Counted from the stretch's first letter, positions 1 to 10,954 are shown. The stretch: 64,000 bases of DNA from Pristiophorus japonicus (GCF_044704955.1 NC_091987.1:133114001-133178000); one strand, 5' to 3'. The notes: generated by a model from the sequence alone, not told the origin. Numbers and translations are program-made.

Positions 1-330
1 CCCCTGCGCTGTGGGGGGGGGGGGGGCACCCCTGCGCTGTGGGGGGGGGCACCCCTGCGCTGTGGGGGGGGGGCACCCCTGCGCTGTGGGGGGGGGGGCA
101 CCCCTGCTCTGTGGGGGGGGGGGGCACCCCTGCGCTGTGGGGGGGGGGGCACCCCTGCGCTGTGGGGGGGGGGGGGGAAAGAGAGGGGGCACCCCTGCGT
201 TGGGGGCTGGCACCCCTGCACTGGGGGTGGGGGGGGAAGAGAAGAGAACCAAACCCTGCGCTGGGTGGGGTGGGGACGTCAAGACAACACCTGCGTCGAG
301 GAGACCCCTGCACTGGGCGGGGGGCCTGCT
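1..330. repeat. G-tract minisatellite (CACCCCTGCGCTGT + G9-15), degenerating towards ~330; lies in COG3 intron 1
   Basis: About 6 near-perfect units at 1-177, then degenerate ACCCCTGC(A/G)CTGGG units; runs off the window start. Confidence 0.9.
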
Positions 331-573
331 CTGGGGATCTGGGGATCCGGGGCTGAGCCTCCCCTCCCCCAGCTCCGGCTACGTGGCACCCACTCCGGGA
401 GCCGCTCGAGGCCCGGGCTCCGGCAGCGCGGCCCCCGCCAGCGGCGAAAGGCCGCCACCTCCCACGGACCCGTCTCCCGCCGGCCGGTGGATGCCCGAGC
501 CGCGGTCCCTGCTGCCGGGAGCTCCGGGGCCCGGGGCCTGGCGGCGCCTCGCTGCTCGTCCCGCTGCACTCAC

Positions 574-732
574 CTCGGCCGGTAATGGCGTGTTGTCGGC
601 GGCGGCCCGGAGCTCGGCCACGCTGTGCCGCTGGGTGTCGGTGAGCGGGGCGCTGGGCTCCGGGCCACGCTCCCACAGCGACAGCTTCTCCCGGGTGCGC
701 TGCTCACTCACATCCGCAGTCACCTCCGCCAT
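574..732 (-). CDS. COG3: COG3 (conserved oligomeric Golgi complex subunit 3), first coding exon, 53 codons; the gene continues leftwards beyond the window
   Basis: Translation MAEVTADVSEQRTREKLSLWERGPEPSAPLTDTQRHSVAELRAAADNTPLPAE matches the vertebrate COG3 N-terminus as I recall it (REKLALWDRRPDTTAPLTDRQTDSVLELKAAAENLPVPAE). It ends at a canonical phase-0 donor GAG|GTGAGT (568-573 on minus) in CpG-island context. Confidence 0.9.
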
Positions 733-828
733 TCTGTTCCGGGGCTCCCCGCCCCCCGGCCTGACCCCGGAAACACTGCTGCGACCCACAGCCCCGCCCT
801 CACCCGCGCCAGCCCCAGCAGCAGCACT
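733..828 (-). promoter_or_regulatory. Putative COG3 5' UTR / TATA-less CpG-island core promoter
   Basis: ETS cores TTCCGG (737-742) and CCGGAA (767-772) and GC boxes CCCCGCCC (~747-754, ~792-799) lie immediately upstream of the ATG. Confidence 0.55.
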
Positions 829-2990
829 GCATTCGCTCCGGGAGCAGGGGCATTGGCGTCAGGAGCATTGGCACTGGGGTCAGAGACACTGTCTCTGGGA
901 GCAGGGGAATTGGCTCCTCCAGGAGCAGGGGCATTGGCTCCGGGAGCAGGGGCGTTGGCTCCGGGCTCAGAGGCATTGGCTCCGGGAGCAGGGGCATTGA
1001 CTCTGGGCTCAGGTGAATTGGCTCCGGAAGCAGGGGCGTTGGCTCCTGGAGTAGGGGCATTGGCTCCTGGAGCAGAGGCATTGACTCCCAGATCAGGGGC
1101 ATTGGCTCCGGGAGCACGGGCATTGGCTCTGGGATCAGGGGCATTGGCTCCGGGATCAGGGGCATTGCTCCGGGAACAGGGGGAGTGGCGTCAGGGTCAT
1201 TGGCTCCGGGAGTAGGGGCTTTGGATCTGGGAGCAGGGGCATTGGCTCCGGAGGCAGGGGCTTTGGGATGGGGCATTGGCTTCGGGAGCAGGGGCATTGG
1301 CTCCGGGGTCAGGGGCATTGGTTCTGTGAGCAGGTTCATTGGCTCCGGGAGCAGGGGCATTAGCTGCGGGGTCAGGGGCATTGGCTGCGGGGTCAGGGGC
1401 ATTGGCTCCGGGGTCAGTGGCATTGGCTCCGGGGTCAGGGGCATTGGCTCCAGGAGCAAGGGTATTGGCTCCGGGTTCAGGGGCATTGGCTTCGGGAGCA
1501 GGGGCATTGGCTCCAGCATCAGGGGCATTGGCGTCAGGGGCATTGGCTCCGGGAGTAGGGGCTTTGGCTCTGGGAGCAGGGGCATTGGCTCCGGAAGTAG
1601 GGGCATTGGCTTTGGGATGGGGCATTGGCTTCGGGAGAAGGGTCATTGGCTCCGGGAGCAGGGGCATTGGCTCTGGGGTAAGGGTCAATGGCTCCGGGAG
1701 CAGGGGCATTGGCTCCGGGAGCGGGGCCATTGGCTCCGGGATCAAGGGCATTTGTTCCGTGATCAGGGGCATTAGTTCCGGGATCAGGGGCTTCGGCTCC
1801 GGGAGTAGGGGCATTGGCTCCGGGGTCAGGGGCATTGGCTCCAGGAGCAGGGGCATTGGCTCCGGGGTCAGGGGCATTGGCTCCCGGATCAGGGGCATTG
1901 GCTCCGGGATCAAGGGCATTGGCTCCGGGAGCAGGGGCATTGGCTCTGGGAGCAGGGGCATTGGCTCCGGGATCAGGGCCATTGGCTCCGGGGTCAGGGG
2001 CATTGGCTCCGGGATCAGGGGCATTGGTTCCGGGGTCAGGGGCATTGGCTCCCGGATCAGGGGAATTGGCTCCGGGATCAGGGGCATTGGCTCCGGGATC
2101 AGGGACATTGGCTCCAGGAGCAGGGGCATTGGCTCCGGGATCAGGGGCATTGGCACCGGGATAAGGCGCATTGGCTCCCGGACCAGGGACATTGGCTCCA
2201 GGATCAAGGGCATTGATTCTAGGATCAGGGACAATCGCTCTGGGAGCAGGGGCATTGGCTGCGGGGTCAGGGGCATTGGCTCCGGGAGCAGGTGCATTGA
2301 CTCTAGGATTAGGGGCATTGGCTCCTGGATTAGGGGCATTGGCCCCTGGAGCAGGGGACATTGGCTCCTGGAGCAGGGGCATTGGCTCCTGGAGCAGTGG
2401 GATTGGCTCCGGGAGCAGGGGTATTGGCTCCGGGTTCAGGGACATTGGCTCCGGGGTCATGGGCTTTGGCTCCGGGAGCAGGGGCATTGGCTCCGGGTTC
2501 TGGGGCATTGGCATCAGGGTCAGGAACATTGGCACCAGGGGCATTGGCACCAGGGTCAGGAACATTGGCACCAGGGTCAAGAACATTGGGAGTAGGAACA
2601 GAAACATTGGCACCAAGATCAGGAGCATTACACCAGGGTTAGGAACATTGGGAGCAGGATCAGGTGCATTGGGAGCAAGATCAGGAACATTGACACCAGG
2701 ATCAGGAAGATTTGCACTTGGGTCAGGAGCATTGAGCATTGGGAGCACGATCAGCACCATTGAACCGGCACCAGCAGCATTGGTGCATTGGCACCAGGAT
2801 CAGGAGCATTGGGAGTAGGATCAGGAACATTGCCGTCGGGAGCATTGGGAGCAGAATCAGCATTGGGAGCAGGATCAGCCAAGGGAACATTGGCACCAGG
2901 ATCAGGAGTATTGGGAGCAAGGTCAACATTGGGAGCACGATCAGCATTGGCACCAGGATCACGACCAACTGCACCAGGAGCACCATCAAG
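829..2990. repeat. 21-bp minisatellite, consensus GGCATTGGCTCCGGG(AG/GT/AT)CAGG, drifting to A(A/G)CATTGGCACCAGGATCAGG after ~2500
   Basis: Clear 21-bp periodicity (roughly 100 units by length), mirrored in 7-aa repeats (GALAPGA / GIGSGSR / PEPMPLL) in the ORF track. Confidence 0.95.
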
Positions 2991-3573
2991 AACCAAAATC
3001 AAAACAATTTCCACCAGGAGCACCATCATCAGGATCACTTTTAGCAGCACCAGGACCAGCACGACCTGCACCAACACCAGCATCACTCACTTCAACACCA
3101 ACAGCAGCATCAGCCACACCAACACCAGTATCACCCGCACCAACAGCAGCATCAGCCACACCAACACCAGTATCACCCGTACCAACCGCAATGTCACCCA
3201 CACCAACGGAAATAGACGGTTTCTTGAACGATAAGAGGTTATGGGGAGCGGGCGAGGAAGTGGAGCTGATTCCATGATCGGATTTGCCATGATCTTATTA
3301 AATGGCGGAGCAAGCTCGAGGGGCCATATGGCCTACTCCTGCTCCTATTTCTTATGTTCTAACACCAGTATCACCCACACCAATACCAGCATCACCCACA
3401 CCAACACCAGTATCACCCACACCAACACCAGGCGAAGGATCACCCGCACTAACACCAGGACCAATACTACCTGCACTGTCACCAGTGTCACCTTCACCAG
3501 TATCACCTTCACCGTCAACAGTATCACCTTCACCATTATCACCCGTACCAGTATCACCAGCACCTTCAACAAC
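2991..3573. repeat. Transitional 21-bp repeat (AG(C/T)ATCA(G/C)CCACACCAACACC) grading into the TCACCTTCACCAGTA satellite at ~3480-3565
   Basis: Units are visible at 3079-3207 and 3361-3430; satellite-type units ACCTTCACCAGTATCACCTTC appear at 3490-3510. Confidence 0.85.
3208..3360 (+). mobile_element. Short 3'-terminal CR1 LINE fragment (or CR1-tailed SINE remnant)
   Basis: GCCATGATCTTATT...GAGGGGCC..ATGGCCTACTCCTGCTCCTATTTCTTATGTTCT is homologous to the CR1 3' end at ~30060-30237; it is embedded in the repeat. Confidence 0.85.
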
Positions 3574-3696
3574 AACAAGAACTTGTATTTATATAGCGCC
3601 TTTAATGTAGTGAAATATCTCTAGGTGCTTTACAGGAGAAATATGCAATAAAAATTTGCCACTGAGCCGCATAAGTAGAAATTAGCGCAGGTGACT

Positions 3697-4265
3697 CATA
3701 GGCAGTCCCTCGGAATCGAGGAAGACTTGCTTCCACTCTAAAAGTGACTTCTTAGGTGGCTGAACAGTCCAATATGAGAAGCACAGTCCCTTTCACAGGT
3801 GGGACAGATAGTCATTGAAGGAAAGGGTGGGTGGGACAGGTCTGCCGCATGCTCTTTCCGCTGCCTGCGCTTGATTTCTGCATGCTCTCGGCGATGAGAC
3901 TCGAGGTGCTCAGCACCCTCCCGGATGCACTTCCTCCACTTAGGGCGGTCTTTGGCCAGGGATTCCCAGGTGTCGGTGGGGATGTTGCATTTTATCAAGG
4001 AGGCTTTGAGGGTGTCCTTGAAACGTTTCCTCTTCCCACCTGGGGCTCGCTTGCCGTGTAAGAGTTCCGAGTAGAGCGCTTGCTTTGGGAGTCTTGTGTC
4101 AGACTCCCGAACAATGTGACCCGCCCAACAGAGCTGGTCGAGTGTGGTCAGTGCTTCGATGCTGGGGATGTTGGTCTGATCAAGAACACTGACATTGGTG
4201 CGTCTGTCCTCCCAGAGGATTTGCAGGATCTTGCGGAGACATCGCTGGTGGTATTTCTCCAGCAT
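3697..4265 (-). mobile_element. 5'-truncated RTE-clade (BovB-like) LINE fragment
   Basis: RTE ORF C-terminus (HQRCLRKIL..W.DRRTN, RLPKQ.LY.EL..GKR..GG..KRFKD.LK, terminal C2H2 CPTC..HLRSH), short 3' UTR ending GCCTATG, flanked by ~55-bp diverged direct repeats. Confidence 0.85.
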
Positions 4266-4580
4266 TATGAAATAAAGATTTGTCACCGAGCTGCGTAAGT
4301 ACAAATTAGCGCAGGTGATTAAAAGCTTGGTCAAAGAGGTATGTTTTAAGGAGCGAATGAAGGAGGAAAGATAGGTAGAGAAGCGGAGAGGTTTAGGCAG
4401 GGAATTCCAGAGCTTGGGGCCTAGGCAACAGAAGGCACGGCCACCAATGGTTGAGTGATTATAATCAGGGATGCTTAGGAGGGCAGAATTAGAGGAGCGC
4501 AGACATCTCAGGGGTTGTGGGGCTTGAGAAGATTACAGAAATAGGGGATTTGAAAATAATGCGAATTTTGAAATCAAGGT

Positions 4581-4792
4581 TGTTATATATGTGGACTTAT
4601 ATTTACTCTGTACAGCCACCAGAGGGCTCATCCCCTGGAGTCCCAAGGGATCCCATTATCCCTTGTGAGCACAGGTATTTAAGGAGGCTTCACAGTTTGG
4701 AGAGGCACTCTGGAGACCTGCAATAAAAGACTACGGTCACACTTTACTTTGAGCTCACAGTGTTCAGTCTGACTCTTTCTCCATACACAACA
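4581..4792 (+). repeat. 5' LTR of Gypsy A
   Basis: TGTTATATAT...CATACACAACA with AATAAA; about 11 mismatches in 212 bp versus the 3' LTR (manual count). Confidence 0.93.
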
Positions 4793-4794
4793 AC

Positions 4795-4804
4795 TGGCGA
4801 CGAG
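4795..4804 (+). other. Primer-binding site TGGCGACGAG, complementary to the 3' end of tRNA-Ser(GCU)
   Basis: Lies 2 nt after the 5' LTR; Gypsy B has the CpG-decayed form TGGTGATGAG at 6103-6112. Confidence 0.75.
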
Positions 4805-4825
4805 ATACAGATAACAAACCCAAAG

Positions 4826-5867
4826 ATGCAGAGAACAGTGGGCATCCTGGAGAAATTTTCAGAGGGAGATGATTGGGAAACTTTTGTGGAGCGACTCGAC
4901 CAATACTTCGTGGCCAACGAGCTAGATGGGGAAGAGAGCGCTGCCAAACGAAGGGCGATCCTCCTCACCGTCTGTGGGGCACCAACGTATGGCCTCATGA
5001 AGAATCTGCTCACTCCAGTGAAACCCACGGAGAAATCGTACTCCGATTTGTGCACACCGGTCCGAGAGCATTTGAACCCGAAGGAAAACGTTCTGATGGC
5101 GAGGTACCGGTTCTACACCTACAAAAGGTCTGAAGGCCAGGAAGTGGCGAGTTATGTCACGAAACCATACTTCGCAAACTTTTGACTATAGAGACCCCAA
5201 CCTTGAGTAAGGCCATAGCGATAGACCAGGCGTTCATTGCCAACAGTGACAATACGAAGCAAATCTCTCAGCACACAAGTGCTGCTACAAGTACTGTGAA
5301 CAAAGTGATTTGAATCGTAACATACAGGGCAGGTCACACATACCTGCAGCTGCACATCCACAGATGACTCAGAGTCCACCATCAAGGGTGATGAATGCAA
5401 GGCCATTAACACCCTGTTGGCGCTGCGGGGGTGATCATTCTTTCTATTCATGCCGATTGAAAGAGTACGTTTGCAAGGGCTGTGGAACAATGGGACACCT
5501 CCAACGAGTGTGCAGGCGAGCTACAAAGCCTATTGAACCTGCAAACCACCATGTTGCAGAGGAGGACAGATCCATGGAGGATCACAACGAACCAGAACCT
5601 CAGATAGAGGAGGCAAAGGTACATGGGGTACACACATTTACCACGAATTGTCCCCGGATAATGCTGAATTTTGAACTAAATGGACTGCCGGTGTCAATGG
5701 AGATGGACACAAGCGTGAGCCAGTCCACCATGGGCAAAAAGACTTTCGAAAGGTTGTGGTGCAACAAGGCCTCAAGGCCAGTCTTAACTCCAGTTCGCAC
5801 GAAACTAAGAACTTACACGAAAGAACTGATTTCTGTAATCGGCAGTGCTACCGTAAAGGTCTCCTAC
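4826..5867 (+). pseudogene. Gypsy A gag-protease remnant (frameshifted, internally deleted)
   Basis: DWETFVERLDQYF gag N-terminus, knuckles CWRCGGDH and CKGCGTMGHLQRVC, protease-like MEMDTSVS. Confidence 0.85.
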
Positions 5868-6101
5868 TGTCATGTATGTAATCTTTATGTAACAACACTG
5901 CAATACTGTACATACGCAAGAAATGCACACCTTGACCACAGGGGGTGAACTTGTGGGAGACACTCCTCACCTGGTCATCCAGGTATATAAAGGGAGGTCC
6001 CATGCAGGTCATCACTTCTTGGTCCTGTGAATAAACGTTCAGGTCATGGAGTGACCTTGTCCATAGAATGTGGATTTGTGGTATTGTGTAAGGACTCTAC
6101 A
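5868..6101 (+). repeat. 5' LTR of Gypsy B
   Basis: TGTCATGTAT...GGACTCTACA containing TATATAAA and AATAAA; aligns to 10681-10922 with ~11 substitutions and small indels. Confidence 0.93.
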
Positions 6102-6137
6102 TTGGTGATGAGAAACGGGAATCAACGACCCATGAGA

Positions 6138-9100
6138 ATGGCCACCGGCAGCACAGATGAACCCTACTGTGTTGGTGAGGACTGGGATGATTTCATTGAG
6201 AGGCTCCAGCAGTTTTGTCACGAAGGACTGGCTGGGAGACGCAGCGGCTGACAAGCGAAGGGCTCATCTGCTGACCAGCTGTGGACCCAAGACTTACACG
6301 CTCATGAAAGACCTGCTAGCACCCGAAAAGACGGCGGACAAAACCTTTGAAGAGCTCAGCAAACTAATCGGTGAGCACCTCAAACTGGCGAGCAGCGTAC
6401 ACATGGCCCGACACAGATTCTATACACACTGACGTCGGGAAGGACAGAGCATTTCGTTGCGGACCTCCGGCGCTTGGCCAGCCTCTGTAAGTTCACAGAC
6501 GCCTGCAGGGGCGAGATGCTAAGGGATTTCTTTATTGAGGGCATCGGTCATGTTGGGATTTTCAGAAAGCTAATTGAGACCAAGGACTTGACCTTGGAAG
6601 CGGCGGCGTTGATGGCTCAGACTTTTATGGGGGGGGAGGAGGAAACCAAGATAATATACGCGCGTAATTCTGCTTCCAACGTGGCGATGGATCAGGGAGT
6701 CAATATCATAAATGCGACACAGAGCCCCGCTGGCAGGCAAGGGCAGTTCGACATGCCCCAGACAGCAATAGACCCAAGAGTAAGTCTCCAACAGAGACAA
6801 TGGCAGGCTGAACAGATATTTACGCCCCCCCAATGGACAATGCGGATGGGGCCATTGACACCCACTAACAGGGTGCTCAAGAGCAGTCAAAGGGACAATC
6901 AGCGAGGAATGCCTTGTAACAGCTCTTTTGTTTACAACAATGGGAATCTTAGTTCATGCTGGAGGTGTGGGGCAGACATGCTGCTAGCACTTGCAGGTTT
7001 CAACAGTTCGCCTGCAGAAATTGTAACCTCAGTGGCCATTTAGCCAGAATGTGCAACCAGGCTAATATATGAGGCGGATGAACCAGATGAGGGGTCTGCG
7101 AGGTAGAATGACGCTTGGGGCAAATCAATGGACGCTGAAGTTCAGCGGGTTCATGTGGCAAACATTCACAGCTCATATAGCAAAACGCCACCTATGATGA
7201 TGAAAGTCTTATTTAATGGCATCCCTGTACGCATGGAGCTGGACATGGGGGCCAGCCAGTCACTCATGAGTGTTCAACAATTTGAAAAGCTGTGGCCACA
7301 CAAAGCCAGCAGACCCAAACTAGAACGCATTGAGATGCAATTACGGACGTACACCAAAGAAATCATTCCAGTGCTAGGCAGTGCAATGTTGGCGGTCACA
7401 CACAATGGATCAGTGAACTGTCTGCCGCTCTGGATTTTCCCGGGCAATGGTCCCGCACTGTTGGGGAGGAGCTGGTTAGCTGAGGTGAACTGGAAATGGG
7501 GGGATGTGCACGCCATGTCATCTGTGGAGCGAAGTTCATGCTCACAGGTCCTACAGCAATTTGAATCACTATTTCAACCTGGCGTCGGGACGTTCAAAGG
7601 TACCGAAGTAGTGATACGCATCACCCCGGACGCCAGACCAGTGCACCACAAAGCCAGAGCTGTGCCGTATGTGATGCGGGAGAAAATTGAAAGCGAGTTG
7701 GACCGGTTGCTGAGAGAGGGCATCATCTCGCCCGTTGAATTCAGCGACTGGGCGAGCCCCATCGTTCTCGTCCTAAAAGCGGATGGCTCGGTCAGGATCT
7801 GTGGCGACTACAAGGCCACTATCAACCGGGTGTCCCTACAAGACTAATACCAGCTCCCGAGAGCGGAGGACCTTTTTGCCATGCTGGCAGGCGGCAAGCT
7901 GTTCACCAAGTTGGACCTCACTTCAGCCTACATGACCCAAGAACTGGCCGACAAATCTAAACTACTGACCACCATCACCACGCAGAAAGGACTGTTTGTT
8001 TACAACAGGTGTCTGTTTGGCATTCGATCAGCGGTCGCGATTTTTCAAAGAAACATGGAAAGCCTGCTCAAATCCATTCCCGGAACAATCGTATTTCAGG
8101 AGGACATCCTCAGCACGGGTTGTGACACCGAGGAACACCTCCACAACCTGGAGGAGGTGCTCCGCCGACTGGACCGGGTAGGCCTGCGACTCAAGAAGTC
8201 TAAATGTGTTTTTGACTCCTGAGGTTGAGTTCCTGGGCAGGAGGGTTGCTGTAGATGGGATTCGGCCCACCGAATCCAAAACAGCAGCGATTCGACGAGC
8301 GCCCAGGCCCTCCTTTCTGGGACTCTTGAACTATTTCAGGAACTTTCTGCCAAACTTAAGCACATTGTTGGAGCCGCTACACATGCTCCTGCGTAAGGGT
8401 TGCGATTGGTTTTGGGGGGACTGTCAGGAACGGGCTTTCAATCGGACGCGGAACCTACTTTGTTCAAATAAGTTGTTGACCTTGTACGACCCCTGTAAGA
8501 AATTGGTTCTGACATGTGATGCATCGTCCTATGGGGTTGGGTGCGTGTTGCAGCAGGGTAACGCTGAGGGCCAACTACAACCTGTGGCTTATGCCTCCAG
8601 GTCACTCTCTCAAGCTGAACGGGGATATGGGATGGTTGAGAAGGAAGCACTCGCATGTGTCCATGGGGTGAAAAAGATGCATCAGTACCTTTTTGGCAGG
8701 AGATTCAAATTAGAAATGGACCACAAGCCATTAACATCCCTGCTGTCAGACAGCAAGGCTGTCAATGCCAACGCATCAGCTCGCATACAGTGATGGGCTC
8801 TCACGCTGGCTGCGTATGACTACTCCATCCGGCACCGGCCCGGCACCGAAAACTGCGCTGACGTGTTCAGCAGGCTTCCACTGGCCACCACTGAGGGGGC
8901 AGCAGAGCAAAGCGCTGAAATGGTCATGGCTGTCAATGCCTTTGACAGCGCAGGCTCCCCCATCACAGCCCGCCAGATCAAAATCTGGACCAACAGAGAT
9001 CCCCTCCTATCTCTGATTAAGAAATGTGTCCTGACTGGGGATTGGGCGCCCGCACACGGAGCATGCCCTGAGGAGGTCAGACCGTTTCACAGATGGATGG

Positions 9101-10652
9101 ATGAGCTCTCCATCCAAGCCGACTGCCGGGTAGTTATGCCCCAGAGGGCAGGGAAGCATTCATCAGGGAATTCCACAGCGTGCACCCAGGTATCGTGCTG
9201 ATGAAGGCCATTGCCCGGTCACATGTGTGGTGGCTGGGAATTTTTTTTTTTTTTTTTAATTTAAATTTGTAGCCAATCTTTCCAATTCTTTGTCAAATCA
9301 CAAACGCCAGAGGTCACCTTGCACACATCAAGGATCACTCTGCGCCAATGCTCTTAGCCAAAAGGCCTAGAGCCACTGCACCGTTCCTGGAAGTACTGCA
9401 ATACCAGGTTCGTGCCATGGAGGTGGATGGGTCAGGCCCCCCACACACCTCCATGGAGGTGGATGGGTCAAGCCACCCCACCCACCTCCTATTTCCAAAA
9501 AGCATAGGAGAACCACCTTCCTGATCCAGGGAGAACCACTTTGGGGTCATGGTTACTCCCCTGTCAGGTCAGTTACGCATGATCTTAGCCAAAAGGCCGA
9601 GAAGCGATGTGGTGGCTGGGAATTGACTCAGACCTGGAACACTGAGTTCGCAAGTGCACGATGTGTGCCCAGCTAGGTAATGCCCCCAGGGAGGCCCGCT
9701 CAGCCAGTGGTCCTGGCCCACCAGGCCATGGTCACGTATTCACGTAGACTACGTGGGCCCGTTCATGGGAAAAGAAATTCTCATTGTGGTTGATACGTAC
9801 TCGAAATGGATCGAGTGCATCATTTTGAATTTGTGCACGACATCCACCACCGTGGAGAGTCTGCGCGCGGTCTTTGTGACCCACAGCTTGCCGGACATCC
9901 TTGTTAGCGATAATGGCCCATGTTTCACAAGCTACGAATTCCGGGAGTTCATGTCTGGTAATGGCAATAACCATGTCAGGACAGCACCGTTCAAGCCGGC
10001 CTCCAATGGCCAGGTGAAACGTGTGGTCCAAATCATAAAACAAGGCTCCGGATTCAAGGACCCTCCCTTCAGTGCCACATATCGCGCCTCCTGCTGGTCT
10101 ATAGCTCCCGACCGCACTCACTCACAGGGGTCCCGCCCGCAGAGCTACTCATGAAACGAACACTCAAAACTCGGCTGTCCCTCATTCATCCAGTCCTGTC
10201 CGACATTGTTGAGGGCAAGCGCCAGTCTCAAAACGAGTACCATGACCAAAATTCAAGGGGGAGATGTATAGAAATTGATGACCCCATATTTGTTCTCAAT
10301 CACGCTTTGGGGCCCAAATAGCTTGAGGGCACTGTAATAGACAAAGAGGGAAATAGGGTCATAGTGGTTGAACTTAACAATGGGCAGATATGCCGCAAGC
10401 ATCTGGACCAAGTAAAAAAAAAAGGTTCAGCATTGACACTGAGGAACCTGAGGAAGATCATGAGACGGTATTCACACCACCGCCAGTGAACGAGCAACAA
10501 GAACATTCAGCAGTGTGCACAGTCCTTGCGGTCAGCCCGGACAAGCCAGAATTACCATGGTGACAGACACGCAGACCAAGGCTCAACAACCAGAGCCGCA
10601 ACTGCGGCGCTCCATGAGAGAGCGCAGACCACCCGAGAGACTTAACCTATGA
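6138..10652 (+). pseudogene. Gypsy B gag-pol (PR-RT-RNaseH-IN) with multiple stops and frameshifts
   Basis: MELDMGAS protease, WASPIV / RICGDYK / KLDLTSAY RT, CDASSYGVG RNase H, VVDTYSKW / SDNGPCF integrase in successive ORF fragments. Confidence 0.92.
9243..9608 (-). mobile_element. SINEU-like retroposon built from U2 and U1 snRNA fragments, with poly(A) tail and ~16-bp TSD
   Basis: Minus strand starts ATCGCTTCTCGGCCTTTTGGCTAAGATCA (U2 nt 1-29), then U1-like ACTGACCTGACAGGGGAGTAACCATGA..., U2 Sm/SLIII/SLIV-like CCTGGTATTGCAGTACTTCCAGGAACGGTGCA, and an A15-17 tail. TSD GTGGTGGCTGGGAATT at 9227-9242 and 9609-9624. Confidence 0.88.
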
Positions 10653-10680
10653 TCCCAATAAGATGCTGAGGGGGAGGTGA

Positions 10681-10922
10681 TGTTATGTATGTAACCTTTA
10701 TGTAACAACACTGCAATACTGTATATACGTAAGAAATGCACACCTTGACCACGAGGTGAACTTGTGGGAGACACTCCTCACCTGGCCACCCAGGTATATA
10801 AAGGGAGGTCTCACGCAGGGTCATCACTTCCTGGTCCTGTGAATAAAGGTTCAGGTCATGGAGTGACCTTGTCCATAGAATGTGCCTCGTGTGGATTTGT
10901 GGTATTGTGTAAGGACTCTACA
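10681..10922 (+). repeat. 3' LTR of Gypsy B
   Basis: Direct repeat of 5868-6101, followed by TSD CCTAC. Confidence 0.93.
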
Positions 10923-10954
10923 CCTACGACACCCGGTACATAAAGGTTACATAA

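Larger units (their letters stand above)
5868..10922 (+). mobile_element. Gypsy LTR retrotransposon B (Mag-like), full-length but decayed, inserted in the Gypsy A protease region
   Basis: LTRs 5868-6101 and 10681-10922, perfect 5-bp TSD CCTAC (5863-5867 / 10923-10927), PPT GAGGGGGAGG before the 3' LTR. Confidence 0.95.

Noticed and set aside
379-789. The 136-aa ORF as a complete single-exon protein
   Set aside because: COG3 similarity covers only 574-732 and stops at a canonical splice donor; the rest is UTR or intron read-through.
625-3624. Gly/Ala/Pro-rich ORFs (GALAPGA, PEPMPLL, GIGSGSR) as elastin- or silk-like proteins
   Set aside because: They are translations of the 21-bp minisatellite, open in multiple frames on both strands, with frame-breaking indels.
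9350-9608. A functional U2 or U1 snRNA gene
   Set aside because: It is fragmentary and rearranged, lacks the branch-point pairing region and upstream snRNA promoter context, and has a poly(A) tail and TSD inside a Gypsy integrase.
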